Part shown: positions 14,850-28,070 of the stretch, in pieces
How positions within the stretch are numbered: the stretch's first letter is position 1
Layout: every line of letters starts with the position of its first letter
Assembly: GCA_051294375.1 (NCBI GenBank)
Contig: CM119264.1
Coordinates: 27,984,981 to 28,048,980 of the forward strand
From: Paraspadella gotoi
Lineage: Eukaryota; Animalia; Chaetognatha
Direction: 5' to 3'
DNA length: 64,000 nt
Position numbers and translations under genes: made by a program
Notes under the pieces: model-generated
What the model was told of the DNA's origin: nothing
Seen by the model: the letters and a program-made list of their open reading frames with translations, nothing else
Databases searched by the model: none

Positions 14850-17800
14850 GTTCGTAGAGGGTGGCTGGTCGTTGACCAACTAACTGGCCTGAGCTGATCC
14901 CCTGCGCTATGCACAAAACGAGAGGAATTCGAGTTGAAGATGGCGCCGGACGAGACGATGGGCGCCGTCAAGACGCTCAAGATGATGATTGACGACAAAG
15001 TCGAAAGCCAGGCATTCTTCTAAAAGTCGAATGAGAATGGAGTAGAAGTCCTGGGCTAAAGAATAACAAAACATTTAATAAACACTGCACAAATATACTA
15101 TATAAAGTTAAAAGAATCCATCTTATTGTTTTCTGAAGCGCCAATTGTAGAAAAAGGTTGCCTCTATCACAGAAAATTCCAACCATCCAGCGATACAAGG
15201 TTTCCTTTAAAAAAGAAAGTTTCGAGAATATCTAAAAAGCGAATTCTTATCTTTAAAAAAAGTATTGAAAACGCAATTGCAAAGACTGAACAAATCTGGA
15301 GGGTTACCAGTCGATTAGAAATCAAGGCCTGAGATCTAAAGAAACGGCGGGAACCAATCCAGAAACAGCCATGCGTGCACTCGGAAAGCTGTACTATAGT
15401 ATATATATATGATACAAATTCGAAACCCAAGAGAATGTCGCTGTGATCGCGGAAGAAATAGAATTTCCTTTGCGTTAGTAAAAATAGAAATAAAAGAGGC
15501 ATCCGGGGTGAAAGAAGAGAAGTTTGGGGATTTCCACGGTATATATAATTGATAATGATTTTCGTAACTCCACCCCGCTATCTCCAGGCATGCCAACATG
15601 GCATACTGGGAATACCCCGAAAAAAAACAAGCCCCCCATGTCTAGAAATAATCATCAATATATCCGGGCGCGGGGGATGGAAAGTAAGATGAGGAAAAAT
15701 TTTAACGCTGAGTATGCAAAAATGCGGCCCAGGAACTTACTTGCTAAGCCTAATAAACTTTGCGATTCCATTAAAAACAGGAACGCGTCTTCCTCAAAAA
15801 GCCGACAAAAGCGGAGAGACGAGCAACGGCGCAGACGACAACTGACCGGCGCTAGCTCTCTTCCACACGCAGTTGTACTCAAGTCATGATGTTTTGAAAG
15901 ACGAAACAGTGAGTACAAAGACACGAATTATGACAAAATTGTACGGAGAATGGTAAAATACAATAGCCGTAATAATCAATTCTTCTGTCTGACTCAAAAA
16001 ACAGGCTTCGAAGTTTCGATTTCGTACGATCGGTGTCAACGCGTACAGCCGAAGATACCGCTCATAGCAGCCGCTCAATGCGAAGCGCCGTGTTACGGTT
16101 TACCGAAAGCGTACCAAACCTGACCTGCGAAATTAAAAAAGGGTAAATCCTGACTGCGAATGGCGTGCTTCAGTACACCCGTTAAAACAAACCATATTAA
16201 TACAAACGAAAACGCTAAAAAAAACTGGACTTCATCTGACTCTTAAAACACTTGCCCGCTAACTGAAAAAATAACACAATGAAGAGTCCTAGAAATAAAT
16301 TGACACAAGGCAGGGGGGAATGAGGACATTGGGAGCTAAAATATCACTAACCTAACATGAACTAACAAACATAGAATTTCGGGTTTAACTAGCTTCGGGC
16401 ATATTACTAACAAATAACTAAATAATAAAGCAAAACAATATAGGCCCTTTATCGAAATCTAAAGTCGGTTATAACTGACCCCGGTGGCCGACTTTAAACC
16501 CGATATTTTTCACTTAGGTCGATGATCAGCGAAGACCACACCGGTTGTAAACTGACCGCCGGTGGCCGATCTTCGAGCCCGACATATGTTAACAACGCCG
16601 CGACCTTCCGAAAGTAGCCAACTAACAGGAGGAAGACGTGAATATTATGAAGCCCGAAAATTTAAGATAATACGGCACCGCGACCAATTCGAGATTCCTA
16701 AAGAACCGAAAAGGTAAAGAAAAATAAAAGGTTGTCGATCTTGGTAAAGCGATTACACGCACACACGAAATGCACTTCCCGCCCCGCAGGAACGAAATAG
16801 GATCTCGAAGATAATGTTCGGACCGGCTAAGAACGAAATCACCTTCGACTTCAATCGAACATGGCGAGGCGAAAGGTGCCTTTCATGGTCACGAACAAAC
16901 CTGAGGCGAATAACACAAATCTCAAAATATTCAAATTTTTTCCTTACGCGCAGGTTGGCCGCATCAGAGAATCGCCAGCATATCTTCAGATTCATCGTCA
17001 CAAGCTTCTTCAAGCGTCCGTCTACGATTCTCGATGAGGACCCGATACGGAAGAACCGAATCTTTGAAAGATCTGCGTATTATTCGACTCCTTATACCAA
17101 AAAATATTGAGAAAGAACGCACAATCCGCGTACCTACGAACACAAAAACCTTAGACTACTCCTACGGGAAAAATAGTAAATTGAAACAATCGAATTGTAC
17201 TAATAATCTTCACCGTCTGAATCTTGTAAATCTTCTTCTTCTGAAATGAACTATTTCTGAATAAAGCTTGAAATAACTGAAAAAACAAAAATAATTAACA
17301 TTCTTATCTACCTTAAATGTCGTAGTAGGTGGCAAAATAAAAAAATGTTAGACTACGACCTAGAAAACGAATCATGACCTAAACAAAAACCCGAAAATAC
17401 GAAAAAACCTAATAAATCTATCACTCTAAACGTAATCAAATCTAAAATGTGCGCTGAAGGAAGTTATTTTATTGGTTTACCCTTACTTTAAGCATCCGAA
17501 TGCCGAAGCAACGAGATCCAAGTATTTCGGCAGGCAAAGAGTATGACTACGGATGGGGCGAGAACCTCACACCCTGCCAAAAGCAAGCAAAGCAATAATT
17601 ATGATAAACCTCTCGTCGCTGGCTCCCTACCACATACTAGCTACTTATTTTAGGGAGAAAAACACAAAAAAGGTGGGCGTACAATATACGCAACGAATAC
17701 GAAACCGATTTAACTTGCCATCAGATAACCGCGTCCGTAAACGTTCGATAGGGGTAGTACTTTAAAAGGGTTTTCGGTAAAGTTGTTCCCGACGCCAAGA

Positions 17801-19310
17801 AGGAGGCGAAGGTCAAAACAAAACAACTATCGTAGTCCGATTTTAGAAAAAAATATTTCGAAAGTTTCCCGCGACTTTTCCCAACCAAATTCTTGAGCGG
17901 AATCGGCTATACGTAAAGGAAGCCGCCCTGCCTAAGCGCGCGGCAAGGGAGACAGTTCTTGAACAGCAGGGACGCGGTCACTCCGAAGGCCTAAAATATT
18001 TGTGATATTTTAGCGTCGACTCACGAGGCCCCCGTCCCGTCTAGAGACATTCGAAAGTCGAAGCAAAAATTTTTTATAAAAGCTGAAAAAACGTTAGGGG
18101 CCAAAATTTATGAAATATATATACACGATCAAAGAGAAGATAATCTATATTATTCTTACCTACTCTTAAAATTGTCGCCATCTTCTCTTGAAGCTATCAA
18201 AAAAATACAAAATCTGAAATAAATACAAAATGTGGACAGATCGGGGCGTTCGCTATGCAGTGGGGTGGTTGGCAACAACCGCTCCGAAGAGTGGTTTCGT
18301 TCTTTCCGTCTTGTTCTGGTCGGGAGAACACGCTTTGGGGCGAGCGTTGGTTGTTTTTGTCCTCTCTCGCTTAAACCAAGAAAGCTTGACCTTGACTGCA
18401 ACTTTTCGCCTCTTTCTCAACGTCCTACGAAAAACCTTGAAAAGAAAACTAAAAATACAACCCTTTGAAATTCAAAATGGGTTACGTAAACTTATACTAA
18501 TGAATAAATCGAAAAAATATCCATTTTAAAAAAACGAACAAAGCTATTATTAAAAATATTTTTTCCTAATAAATACTAATTAAATTCATATCAAAATTGG
18601 TCGTACCCCCGCACGACGGAGAGGAAACGACCTCGTTCGTACAAAAAAGAAAAAATTTTTCGAAAAAATTCAGCAAAAAAAATCGCTAAGTCCCAAAATA
18701 ACAAAGGGAGTACTACGCGTAGTTAATTTTGTAATGCTTGGGGAGAAATCTCCCCCAGCGAAGGAAAACCGCCAAATTTTCCACCCGAGCGTAAGTTACG
18801 CGAAGATCTGGGAAAAAAGGCATGATGGTTAATAACACTTTTCTCGAGATAATCGAAGCGTACAACGATTCGATTGAATAGTTGAGGTTAACCTGTCGAA
18901 AACCAACATAGACAATAACTAAAAAACCAAAAAAAATAAATATTTAACTAAAGCAAAAAAAAAATAATGTTAAAAAGCTAAAATTAAATACTAAATTAAG
19001 AAACCGTAAAAACACGCTAATCAATCCCGGAATGGTCCGCCGTACCAAGTCCGCTCTACGCCCGACGCCGCCTTCGAGATCCAAAGCTTCATCAACCCGT
19101 AATCGTCGTCACGACCGAGCCGTCCACCTTGAACCGGAAGTGTCGGTCGCATTCGCAGGCGAAACGCGGAAATATTCGTGCATTCACACACGTGAGAAAA
19201 TTTTGGGGAAAGATTCGCACGCTGTGGGAAAAATGGGTGTAATTTACCGCTAAAGCCATCGACGATAGCATCGAAAAAAATCGATGGCTGGGAAAAAACC
19301 AATTATCGAT
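14850..19310 (-). mobile_element. Microsatellite-free island with compact multi-exon minus-strand coding-like sequence; possibly a degraded large mobile element, family not recognised
   Basis: Sharp compositional change from the flanking simple repeats. Candidate GT..AG minus-strand introns of 34 nt (17991-18024) and 47 nt (16901-16947), further acceptors near 16127, 16700 and 18895, and a subterminal hairpin at 19254-19289. No diagnostic protein motif found. Confidence 0.35.
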
Positions 19311-19557
19311 GAGTTCAAATATAATTAAAATAATTTAACATTAGTAAAATTATTTTTCCCGTTTGTTTACTATTTTGCATAAGAAAATAACCTGAAGCAT
19401 CTTGAAGTGAGTGGACGAGCTTTTTGTACTGAAAAGAATTTCATAAAAAAGTTGAGTTGTTTTGGTGAAAGAAATAAAAAAGAGAGAAAAGCTAAAACGA
19501 TTGAGATAAAGATGAATTGGAAAGGAAAGTAAAGAAAGAAAGAGAAAGAAAGAAAAA

Positions 19558-19641
<84 letters not shown>

Positions 19642-19724
19642 AACTAAGAAACAAAGAAACAAAAAAACGAAGAAACAAAGAAACAAAGAAAATAAAAAGA
19701 AAGAAACAAAGAAAGTAATGTAAA

Positions 19725-19833
19725 AATTTATTGTCAAAATTAAAGCTAATTTATTGTCAAAATTAAAGCTAATTTATTGTCAAAATTAAAGCTAATTTAT
19801 TGTCAAAATTAAAGCTAATTTATTGTCAAAATT
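19725..19833. repeat. Perfect 23-bp tandem repeat, about 4.7 copies (AATTTATTGTCAAAATTAAAGCT)
   Basis: Units start at 19725, 19748, 19771, 19794 and 19817. Confidence 0.95.
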
Positions 19834-19987
19834 CAGGACATCATCCGCTTGAATTTTTCTGTTTCATAAGTTGAGGAAAATGAAATCATTTTTGATTTCG
19901 AAATGAAACTTTTTTCCTTCAACTTACGAACCATTTTATCCCAGTTCTTTCCACCAGATTTTCCATGACATTTCTGTCTTTTCTCAA

Positions 19988-20024
<37 letters not shown>

Positions 20025-21589
20025 GGGTCTGGTGGGGGGGAAATCGGGTAAGTGAGCGGGAGGAAAAAAAAAAAAAAGAAAAAAAGAGAAAAGTTANNNN
20101 NNNNNNNNNNNNNNNNNNNNNCCCCCCCCTCTCTCTCCATCTCTCTCTCCCTCTCCCTCTCTCTCACTCTCCCTCTCTCGTACTCCGCTGCCGGATTTAT
20201 GAAGCATCACAAAGGGAGTTCGCGTTACGTGACGACAAAGAAAACAAATTGGAATTCAATTCCCGCCAACAAAAGAATCAGCTACGAGGCCAGCGGGCGT
20301 CGGGAGCTGGGGTGGTGAAACGTAAGTGAGACCATAGAAATTTGGGGTAAAGTATCTAAACCGAGGAAGAGAAAAGGAATAATGAGAACATCAATAATGG
20401 CGACCTTCTTGTACTAATCACCGTAGGTGACGATAAGGATTAAGAGCCATAGGTTTTCCCCAAGAATAGGGTCACGGATCAAATAAAAACCCGAATAAAT
20501 AAAGACCAAAATAAAACATCTTCGTATGTATAATTAATGGTCAACGTTGATACAAGTGTGCCACCCTGTGAATCAAAGTAGAATTGGGGTAAGGGTTACG
20601 GGAGTCGAGGGAAGAGAAAAGGGGAATATAGAGAGAACAAGATCGGTTCATCCAAATTTATTTTCACGTAAATTCCCCTGTGATCACATGACTACATAAC
20701 TTTCTTAGCCCGTGTATTTATGACACGCGGTGCATCGGAATTTCGTCTTTTATTCTTTATAATTTTATGATTTTTTAAAGGTGGAGCCAGGAGTCACTTA
20801 AGATTTGAGGATTTTTCCCTTCTTAACAAATGAGCAACTGACTATAGGCGAGTTATATGGCTAGAGTTTAAATAGAGAGATTTAAGGCCAAAAATGAAAT
20901 CGTAAGCGTATTTAATCTCAGCAAACATTGAGGTATCAAGTATGAACCATTTTTCGAAAATAAAAAGTTTTAACCCGAAGGAAATATGAAACAACTGAAA
21001 GATTAAATTTATTTATTCCAAACAAACAGTTAAATTTAAATAAAAAATTTAGGAATTCTTAGGAAAAAAAAACATCAGTTGAAATTCACTGAATTTTTTT
21101 TCCCCGTGAGAAAAAAACAAATTTTCACATCAACTGTTACTAATGGACCGAAACTGTGATACGGAGGACGTGAATTCTCACAGCTTTTTGCTGTCGATTT
21201 CTGAGCAAATGTCGTCGCCAATGATGAGCGGAACGGAGGAGGAGGAGGAAGAGGAGGAGGAGGAGGATGAGGAGGTTGGGAGATAAAGGTTGCATATAAA
21301 AACATTTTTATGTGATAAGAGAAGAGCTGGATCGAATCTAATCAATTAAAAGAGATGTAGCCTACATTGTAGGGAAAGAAAAGGGAACGACCGTGAAGAT
21401 TAAGATGGGAGATAAGAGAAGGATAATAAAGCGAAAAATAAAAGACTAAAGACGCGGGAGAGATAAAAATAGATCCCGTGAGAGAAATGACAGAAGATTA
21501 ATGATGAAATTGAGAAGAGAAACAGAAAATGAGGGGAGGAGAGAAGAAAGTGAATTGAGAAATTAGGAATCGATTCGGATTTGGAATTT

Positions 21590-22890
21590 NNNNNNNNNNN
21601 NNNNNNNNNNNNNNNNNNNNNNNNNNNNNNNNNNNNNNNNNNNNNNNNNNNNNNNNNNNNNNNNNNNNNNNNNNNNNNNNNNNNNNNNNNNNNNNNNNNN
21701 NNNNNNNNNNNNNNNNNNNNNNNNNNNNNNNNNNNNNNNNNNNNNNNNNNNNNNNNNNNNNNNNNNNNNNNNNNNNNNNNNNNNNNNNNNNNNNNAGAGA
21801 GAGAGAAAAAATATGACAAAAGAAATTATAAACAATCGACAACAACAACGACAACAATAACAACAAAAGGATGAAAATATCGAGGATGACGTCGAAAAAC
21901 ATGTCGACGCGACGCCTAGAAATCGATCGGGGGCTGGGNNNNNNNNNNNNNNNNNNNNNNNNNNNNNNNNNNNNNNNNNNNNNNNNNNNNNNNNNNNNNN
22001 NNNNNNNNNNNNNNNNNNNNNNNNNNNNNNNNNNNNNNNNNNNNNNNNNNNNNNNNNNNNNNNNNNNNNNNNNNNNNNNNNNNNNNNNNNNNNNNNNNNN
22101 NNNNNNNNNNNNNNNNNNNNNNNNNNNNNNNNNNNNNNNNNNNNNNNNNNNNNNNNNNNNNNNNNNNNNNNNNNNNNNNNNNNNNNNNNNNNNNNNNNNN
22201 NNNNNNNNNNNNNNNNNNNNNNNNNNNNNNNNNNNNNNNNNNNNNNNNNNNNNNNNNNNNNNNNNNNNNNNNNNNNNNNNNNNNNNNNNNNNNNNNNNNN
22301 NNNNNNNNNNNNNNNNNNNNNNNNNNNNNNNNNNNNNNNNNNNNNNNNNNNNNNNNNNNNNNNNNNNNNNNNNNNNNNNNNNNNNNNNNNNNNNNNNNNN
22401 NNNNNNNNNNNNNNNNNNNNNNNNNNNNNNNNNNNNNNNNNNNNNNNNNNNNNNNNNNNNNNNNNNNNNNNNNNNNNNNNNNNNNNNNNNNNNNNNNNNN
22501 NNNNNNNNNNNNNNNNNNNNNNNNNNNNNNNNNNNNNNNNNNNNNNNNNNNNNNNNNNNNNNNNNNNNNNNNNNNNNNNNNNNNNNNNNNNNNNNNNNNN
22601 NNNNNNNNNNNNNNNNNNNNNNNNNNNNNNNNNNNNNNNNNNNNNNNNNNNNNNNNNNNNNNNNNNNNNNNNNNNNNNNNNNNNNNNNNNNNNNNNNNNN
22701 NNNNNNNNNNNNNNNNNNNNNNNNNNNNNNNNNNNNNNNNNNNNNNNNNNNNNNNNNNNNNNNNNNNNNNNNNNNNNNNNNNNNNNNNNNNNNNNNNNNN
22801 NNNNNNNNNNNNNNNNNNNNNNNNNNNNNNNNNNNNNNNNNNNNNNNNNNNNNNNNNNNNNNNNNNNNNNNNNNNNNNNNNNNNNNNNNN
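21590..22890. other. Assembly gaps (21590-21795 and 21939-22890); further gaps occur throughout, six of exactly 25 N (10389, 14499, 20097, 39181, 49076, 58048)
   Basis: N runs counted directly. Confidence 0.98.
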
Positions 22891-22891
22891 A

Positions 22892-22926
<35 letters not shown>

Positions 22927-22927
22927 T

Positions 22928-23345
22928 AGGGTAAGTTATGAATGGATGGCTTGTTAGGGAAGGGATGTCCTCTTAACGGTCGGTTGGTCCGCGACCGAAG
23001 GTTATCGACTTCCAAAGTTGATGGACGATTTTCCTTTTGGAGAATTAGGAACTCGTCGGTGCCAGTCGAGGGGGCGCTAGGGGATTCGGTGCCAGTGAAG
23101 GCGGTGCCAGTGAAGGCAGTGCCAGCGGTGCCAGATGAGGGGGCGCCAGTAGAGGCGGTGCCAGTTCAGGGGGCGTAGGGGGAGTTTGCGCCAGTCGAGT
23201 TGGTGCCATAAGAGGGGGCGCCAGATGAGGCGGCGCTAATTCTGAGGGAAAGAGAGGCGCCAGTGAAGGCAGTGCCCATAAAAGGGGCGCCATTGGAAGC
23301 GGCGCCAGTGAAGGCGATGCCAGTAGTGTTGGCGCCAGCTTAAAC
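22928..23345 (+). repeat. ~420-bp segment with a 15-bp GC-rich minisatellite (GCGCCAGTGAAGGCG-like, 23056-23340); duplicated at 38440-38920
   Basis: About 15-bp periodic GTGCCA/GCGCCA motifs. The minus frame gives LAPxx repeats. The unique 5' part (GGATGGCTTGTTAGGGAAGGGATGTCCTCTTAACGGTCGGTT) recurs at ~38457. Confidence 0.9.
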
Positions 23346-24779
23346 NNNNNNNNNNAGTAGAGAAGGAAAGTGAGGAAGAAAGGAGAAAGAAGAAAAATAA
23401 AAAATTGAAAACAATATCCGCAATCTATCAAAAGAGCAAAGAAATGACGAAACAAAATGGCAAACAAAATAATAGAAGTGGCAACGCAATATCTCTACAG
23501 AAGATAAAAAAAAGGTATTAAAATAGAACATAGATGAAGTCATGGCCGAAAGGGAGTAAAAAGAAGAGGGGAAAAAGGTGGGAAGGAAAACGAGAAAATG
23601 GCGGAACTAGAAGATGTGGAGGTGAGGTGGAATCAAAAAAAGAGAAGTAATGACTGGTTGTGACTGGGGGTGACTGGTAAGTAAATAGGAGAAACATTGA
23701 GATAAAATCAGCGAATGCTTTTCCTTGCTTAAGAGGAAAGGAATCCGACATATAGACGACATTTAGCCGACGAAAAGTCTCTCTTTTTAATTATTTTTTC
23801 TGGGTATAGTCTTTTTTGTAACTATGATTCCGTTAATCAGACCGATAATGTAACTAAGTGGCTGCCATTAGAAAAATGGAACCTGATGTGAGTTTCGGAG
23901 TGAAGGGACATCAATGCAAGCGTATACAGTCCAAATATGGCTCTGTAAAAGTTAGACAAAAGATAACTTCGCCGTGGAGCGCACGAGTGTTAATGAATTG
24001 TGTGGGCCAAGGACATGAGCACGAAATTAAGTGTTCGACGAGATCCAACTAAAAAATTCCGCTGGTGCTAATGAAACTGATGAAGTGTTTGAACTAGGGA
24101 TATATATATCATTGGGTTTTCATGGTGGCTATCCGTTGACACCAGGCGAAGAGATCGAAAGATCGGTCTGGCGAGGGAAATGAAAGAGGAAATCGGAGTG
24201 ACTGCCGAAGACGTTATATGTAAGTTATAACTTTAGATATGCCAATTACAATTGTTCATGAAAGAGAATAATCTATTCATCTCGGTATGAGTTGTTTTTG
24301 CGTACAAATAGTGAAGAGACTTGAAAGATATATTAAGACTGTAGGGGCACGTTGATTTGATGAGTAGTCACTCTTAGGGGCGGATCAGTATCGTGCAATA
24401 TGAGTTCTCAAATTTGGATACACCAACCGTTATGAAAATTTGGCTTTAAGAGCGATATGATACGATGCTGGCCATTTCACGTTTTCATGAAACGGAGAAT
24501 ATCGGAAAAGTTCGTTATCATTAAGGAGAGATCGAGAGGGGTATACGAAAACGTCCAGATCTAGAGATGAAAACGCCGCTGAAGGACTAACCGTGTCGGG
24601 ACTCCGGAGAACGCTCGGGATATTCAAGGGTTCCATTATATACGTGCGGTGAAGGCTCCGATCGGATGGTAATTACCTGCTTTTCTAAAACAACAATTTC
24701 GCTTTCGGCGGTCTCTTGAAACGCCAAGCCCAGTTGCTTCTGGGGCTCGAAAATCTGCTGGTATCTCTCGTCTGAAACG

Positions 24780-27700
24780 TTGGATAATATATATGCGGAT
24801 ATCGCAAACTAAAGATAAGGATTAAGAAGATAACATAATATAATTAATAATAGGTTTCTACATTATTTCTGAGATAACGACGTCATTAAGTACAAACTCC
24901 AAGCCAATTCTGATTATTATTTTCAACTTTTTTTAGGTTTTTCAAAATCAACCTATACTTTTACTTGCAAATTTATAATAGTGGCAAAAATATGTCATTT
25001 TACTATGACCATCCTCTCCATTATTCTAAAACAATGCTAATTGTTCTGTAACTTTGGTGAGAAGTATATGTTGCTTTTGAAGATAGATTTGCGAAGACAA
25101 AATAGCAATTAAATGGAAAACACCTGATAAGATAACCCTCAAAGACTCCGAGAAAAAGAAACATTTCGAAGCAATTAAAAAAACGTTATAGCTCTAAAAC
25201 CAGATACGCTATTGGTTAACGAGAATGTGATTTCTGCGGTCCTATAGCATGCGTTTATCCTTTTGTTGCAATTCTTTTAGTAGTCTCCTCTTGCAGCAAA
25301 ATAAAGCTCTTTAAGTAGAAAAAAATGGGTAATTTTCTCTCAAGCTCGATCAGTTATCTGAAGAAGGTAATTAAGTGAGCAATTAAAAATATGATTTCTG
25401 AACATATATCAAACACATTAATTGCAATGAATGTATATATTTTAGGAATTCGTCGCTACGTTCGGTGGGACTATATGTTGAGATTTGCAGCTTGCATCCC
25501 CTAGTTTATTATTGGTTTTATTCGAATTATAAACTATATTTCAAGATTTTTGGTCTCGCATATAATGGCAACAAGCAAGGGCTGGTTATATCTTTACTAG
25601 TTAACTTATGACTGGTAACTCCTATTGGCAGTTCGTTTTTCCAAAAATTTGAATGTAATTTTAGCTGAGTATCTACTCCATTATTTAGAAATAAGCAAGC
25701 AACCTGATAATAATTGTTTTCTTCTTTGGATCTCTATTCATTCCAATCATTAATCTGGACACAAGATGGTACATGAGGCTTCGGTTGGATACACAAACGT
25801 TAGTTAGTACGGGTTTTTGCTCTTGCTATTCCTTGTCCTTCTGCTCGCGCGTCTTAAATTGAACTCTATCTCAAAAGCAGCTTTGATGTAGGGCCCATCT
25901 CGAATATATAATTGGTATTGGGTTTATATTATAAAGGGTTCTGTTTTTATTTTATTCTTTAATTGTTTGTTTGTACTGATTGCTGAATTTTTGTATTTTA
26001 AAAAAGGTTGTTATCGATGGCTAATAATTCGAATAATGATTTGAGCTGGTTTAATTAAAATATCGGTGGTGCGATACAAAGTGTTGGCGTGATTTGACAT
26101 GTAGTAGAAATTATCATTATCTTCATTACACACGCCCTCGTTCCTAAAATCAATTGCTTCCTTTCTTCATATTACTCCTGGTTAATTTTTCATTCTAACC
26201 TTGGTCGATGTTTCTGAGATCAATATTCCAACTGGTTTTTTAATTCCAGTTTGGTTCCTATAGAGTTCGAAAAGATTCTTTCCTCCAATCACAATCGTGG
26301 ATTAACTTTTTACCTTTTGGAGTTTTAGCGTGTTCCAATTTTTCGCAAGATGGTCGTAGGAACTTATTGTGGAGGCTCTTTCAGGTATTATTAATGCAAC
26401 ATAATTTATTCTTTTGTATCAGTTACAATGAGATACGCCATAACATAGATGCCCCCAGGCCATTTGCATACACTTAAAAAACTACTTGATAGTCAAAATG
26501 AATAATCCTTGTGATTCTCCGTAGGTTTTGTTTCAGGTTCATACTGATTATAAGTGGAAGATCTAAGTTTTAAAATTGGCTTACTATAATACTCGAGGTC
26601 TGGCCTGTGTTTTCGATGATGCTATACCCTAACAGCTCAGCGTTTTTCCCTATCGGAAACTTTCAAGAAAATTTTTAAGTCGCCCAGTACCTCTTCTATA
26701 TTTCCTACTCTCTTTCCAAAAACACGTTTAATGCAATTGTCCAAAATCTTCTATTTCAGAAATGTCAATCGGTCTCGTTCGGTTCCTCTGTACAAAAGAA
26801 CCCTCAAAAGAAATTTGATTCTAAGACTTTCTGACGGTTTTTGATATAGCTGTAGGTTATTACTATCTGTTCATCCTTCAGTTTGACCAGTAGAACTTGA
26901 ATTTAGTACTTTATCCACAGTGTACACTTTAGTTATTCATTTTGTGGCAAAGTTATTTCAATCCTGTTCGCTTCGTTCATGATCTTTGTACCTTTTGTGG
27001 CCTCAAAATAGGTTATGAAATACATCGTATCGAACCGTTTCGTATTGTAAATACTCCTCGTGAGCAATTATGGAAAGTGTTACACAAAACCACCCAGAAA
27101 CGACATTAATTAGTGAGCAGTTGATACTCCAGACATGTATTTTTTTTCTTTGTCTTGTAGTGACTTGGTGAACGTGATCCTGTAACTTTGTGAAATCACC
27201 ATACATTTACCATTTTTTTTTCGAGAGTTAGCGGCACCAAACTCGACGGATCGAGTGGGCCCTCAGATAGATATTGGTTACCGTATGAATTCTAAGTGTA
27301 AACCAGGAACTCCGTTTCGAAGACACATGCATTCATGAAGCCCTTACCACTACAGGCATAATGTGTTTATATTTTTTCTGCGATTACAAATCTATTCGCA
27401 TTTTTCGGTTGTAAAAGATTTACTTTGTTATAAGGCTGGAATATGGCTTATGTGGTAGCAGCAGTTTTCGTCAAACCGTATTCAAAACGAAATGGTTTAT
27501 TAAGTTTGGTTATTAAGTTAACTTCACAAAATGATCCCAAGTCTCGATCCTTACTGAGAATCGCTAACCCTTCTTTTTTAGTTCGTACGAAATAGATTGG
27601 ATCTTTATACTGGAGGGTTGGTTAAATGTTTACAATTTTATCTCAGAGTGGTTGTATTTGCCGTTCTGTTATTTTGGCTTGGTTTATAAATAAAGTTCCT

Positions 27701-28070
27701 CGTAAACCCTTTTTCCTAGTAGAGCCCGATGCCAAGGGTTCCCAATTTTATCCGATATTTCTCTTTTAACGAATACAAGTATTCTTTGTACCTGTAATCG
27801 TTGGAAACAACATGATGAATCCGGAACAATGGTGGTGTCGAAAAAAATACAAATAAATTCTATGCGCCACCAATGGACTACATGAGCTTACAGAAACGCC
27901 TTTCATAGAAATTTTTGAGTTTTGTAGTTGTAAAACAATTTGTGTAAAGTTAGTGTAGATTTGTTGCTCTTTGTAATCTACTAATTTCCTTCTTCATTTT
28001 AGGTATGCAGTATCCAAAAGAAAATCTTTTTCGAGTAAATTCATTGTTATACGCATGGTTTGCTGGGCCG
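24780..28070 (+). mobile_element. Degenerate/frameshifted Academ (AcademX-type) transposase-XPG/FEN nuclease-Cys finger gene
   Basis: Motifs read in the expected order across indels: SGKNxHFT (~24980-25004; cf. SGKxTxHxT), DQ (25348; cf. FDQPLY), V-R-x-GG-L (~25450-25475; cf. RLGGLH), DTxD-like (~27120-27140), CDY..AFFG (27379-27409; cf. the XPG GCDxxSxFxG H3TH motif), NPEQWxW (27818-27835), QWTT, and EFCSCKTIC (27917-27943) continuing after a short candidate intron (~27949-28002). Confidence 0.65.

Noticed and set aside
14941-14950. TGGCGCC as an LTR retrotransposon primer-binding site
   Set aside because: No LTR ending in CA precedes it and no gag/pol motifs follow.
19725-19833. CRISPR-like array (also considered for 60345-60735 and 61174-61384)
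   Set aside because: Head-to-tail repeats with no unique spacers, no cas genes and a eukaryotic context.
23056-23340. Array of CTCF-like sites (CCAG...AGGGGGCGC)
   Set aside because: The spacing between CCA and AGGGGGCGC is about 2 bp longer than the CTCF consensus.
23045-23345. LAPxx pentapeptide-repeat protein
   Set aside because: It arises from the 15-bp minisatellite, crosses a gap and has no splice or start support.
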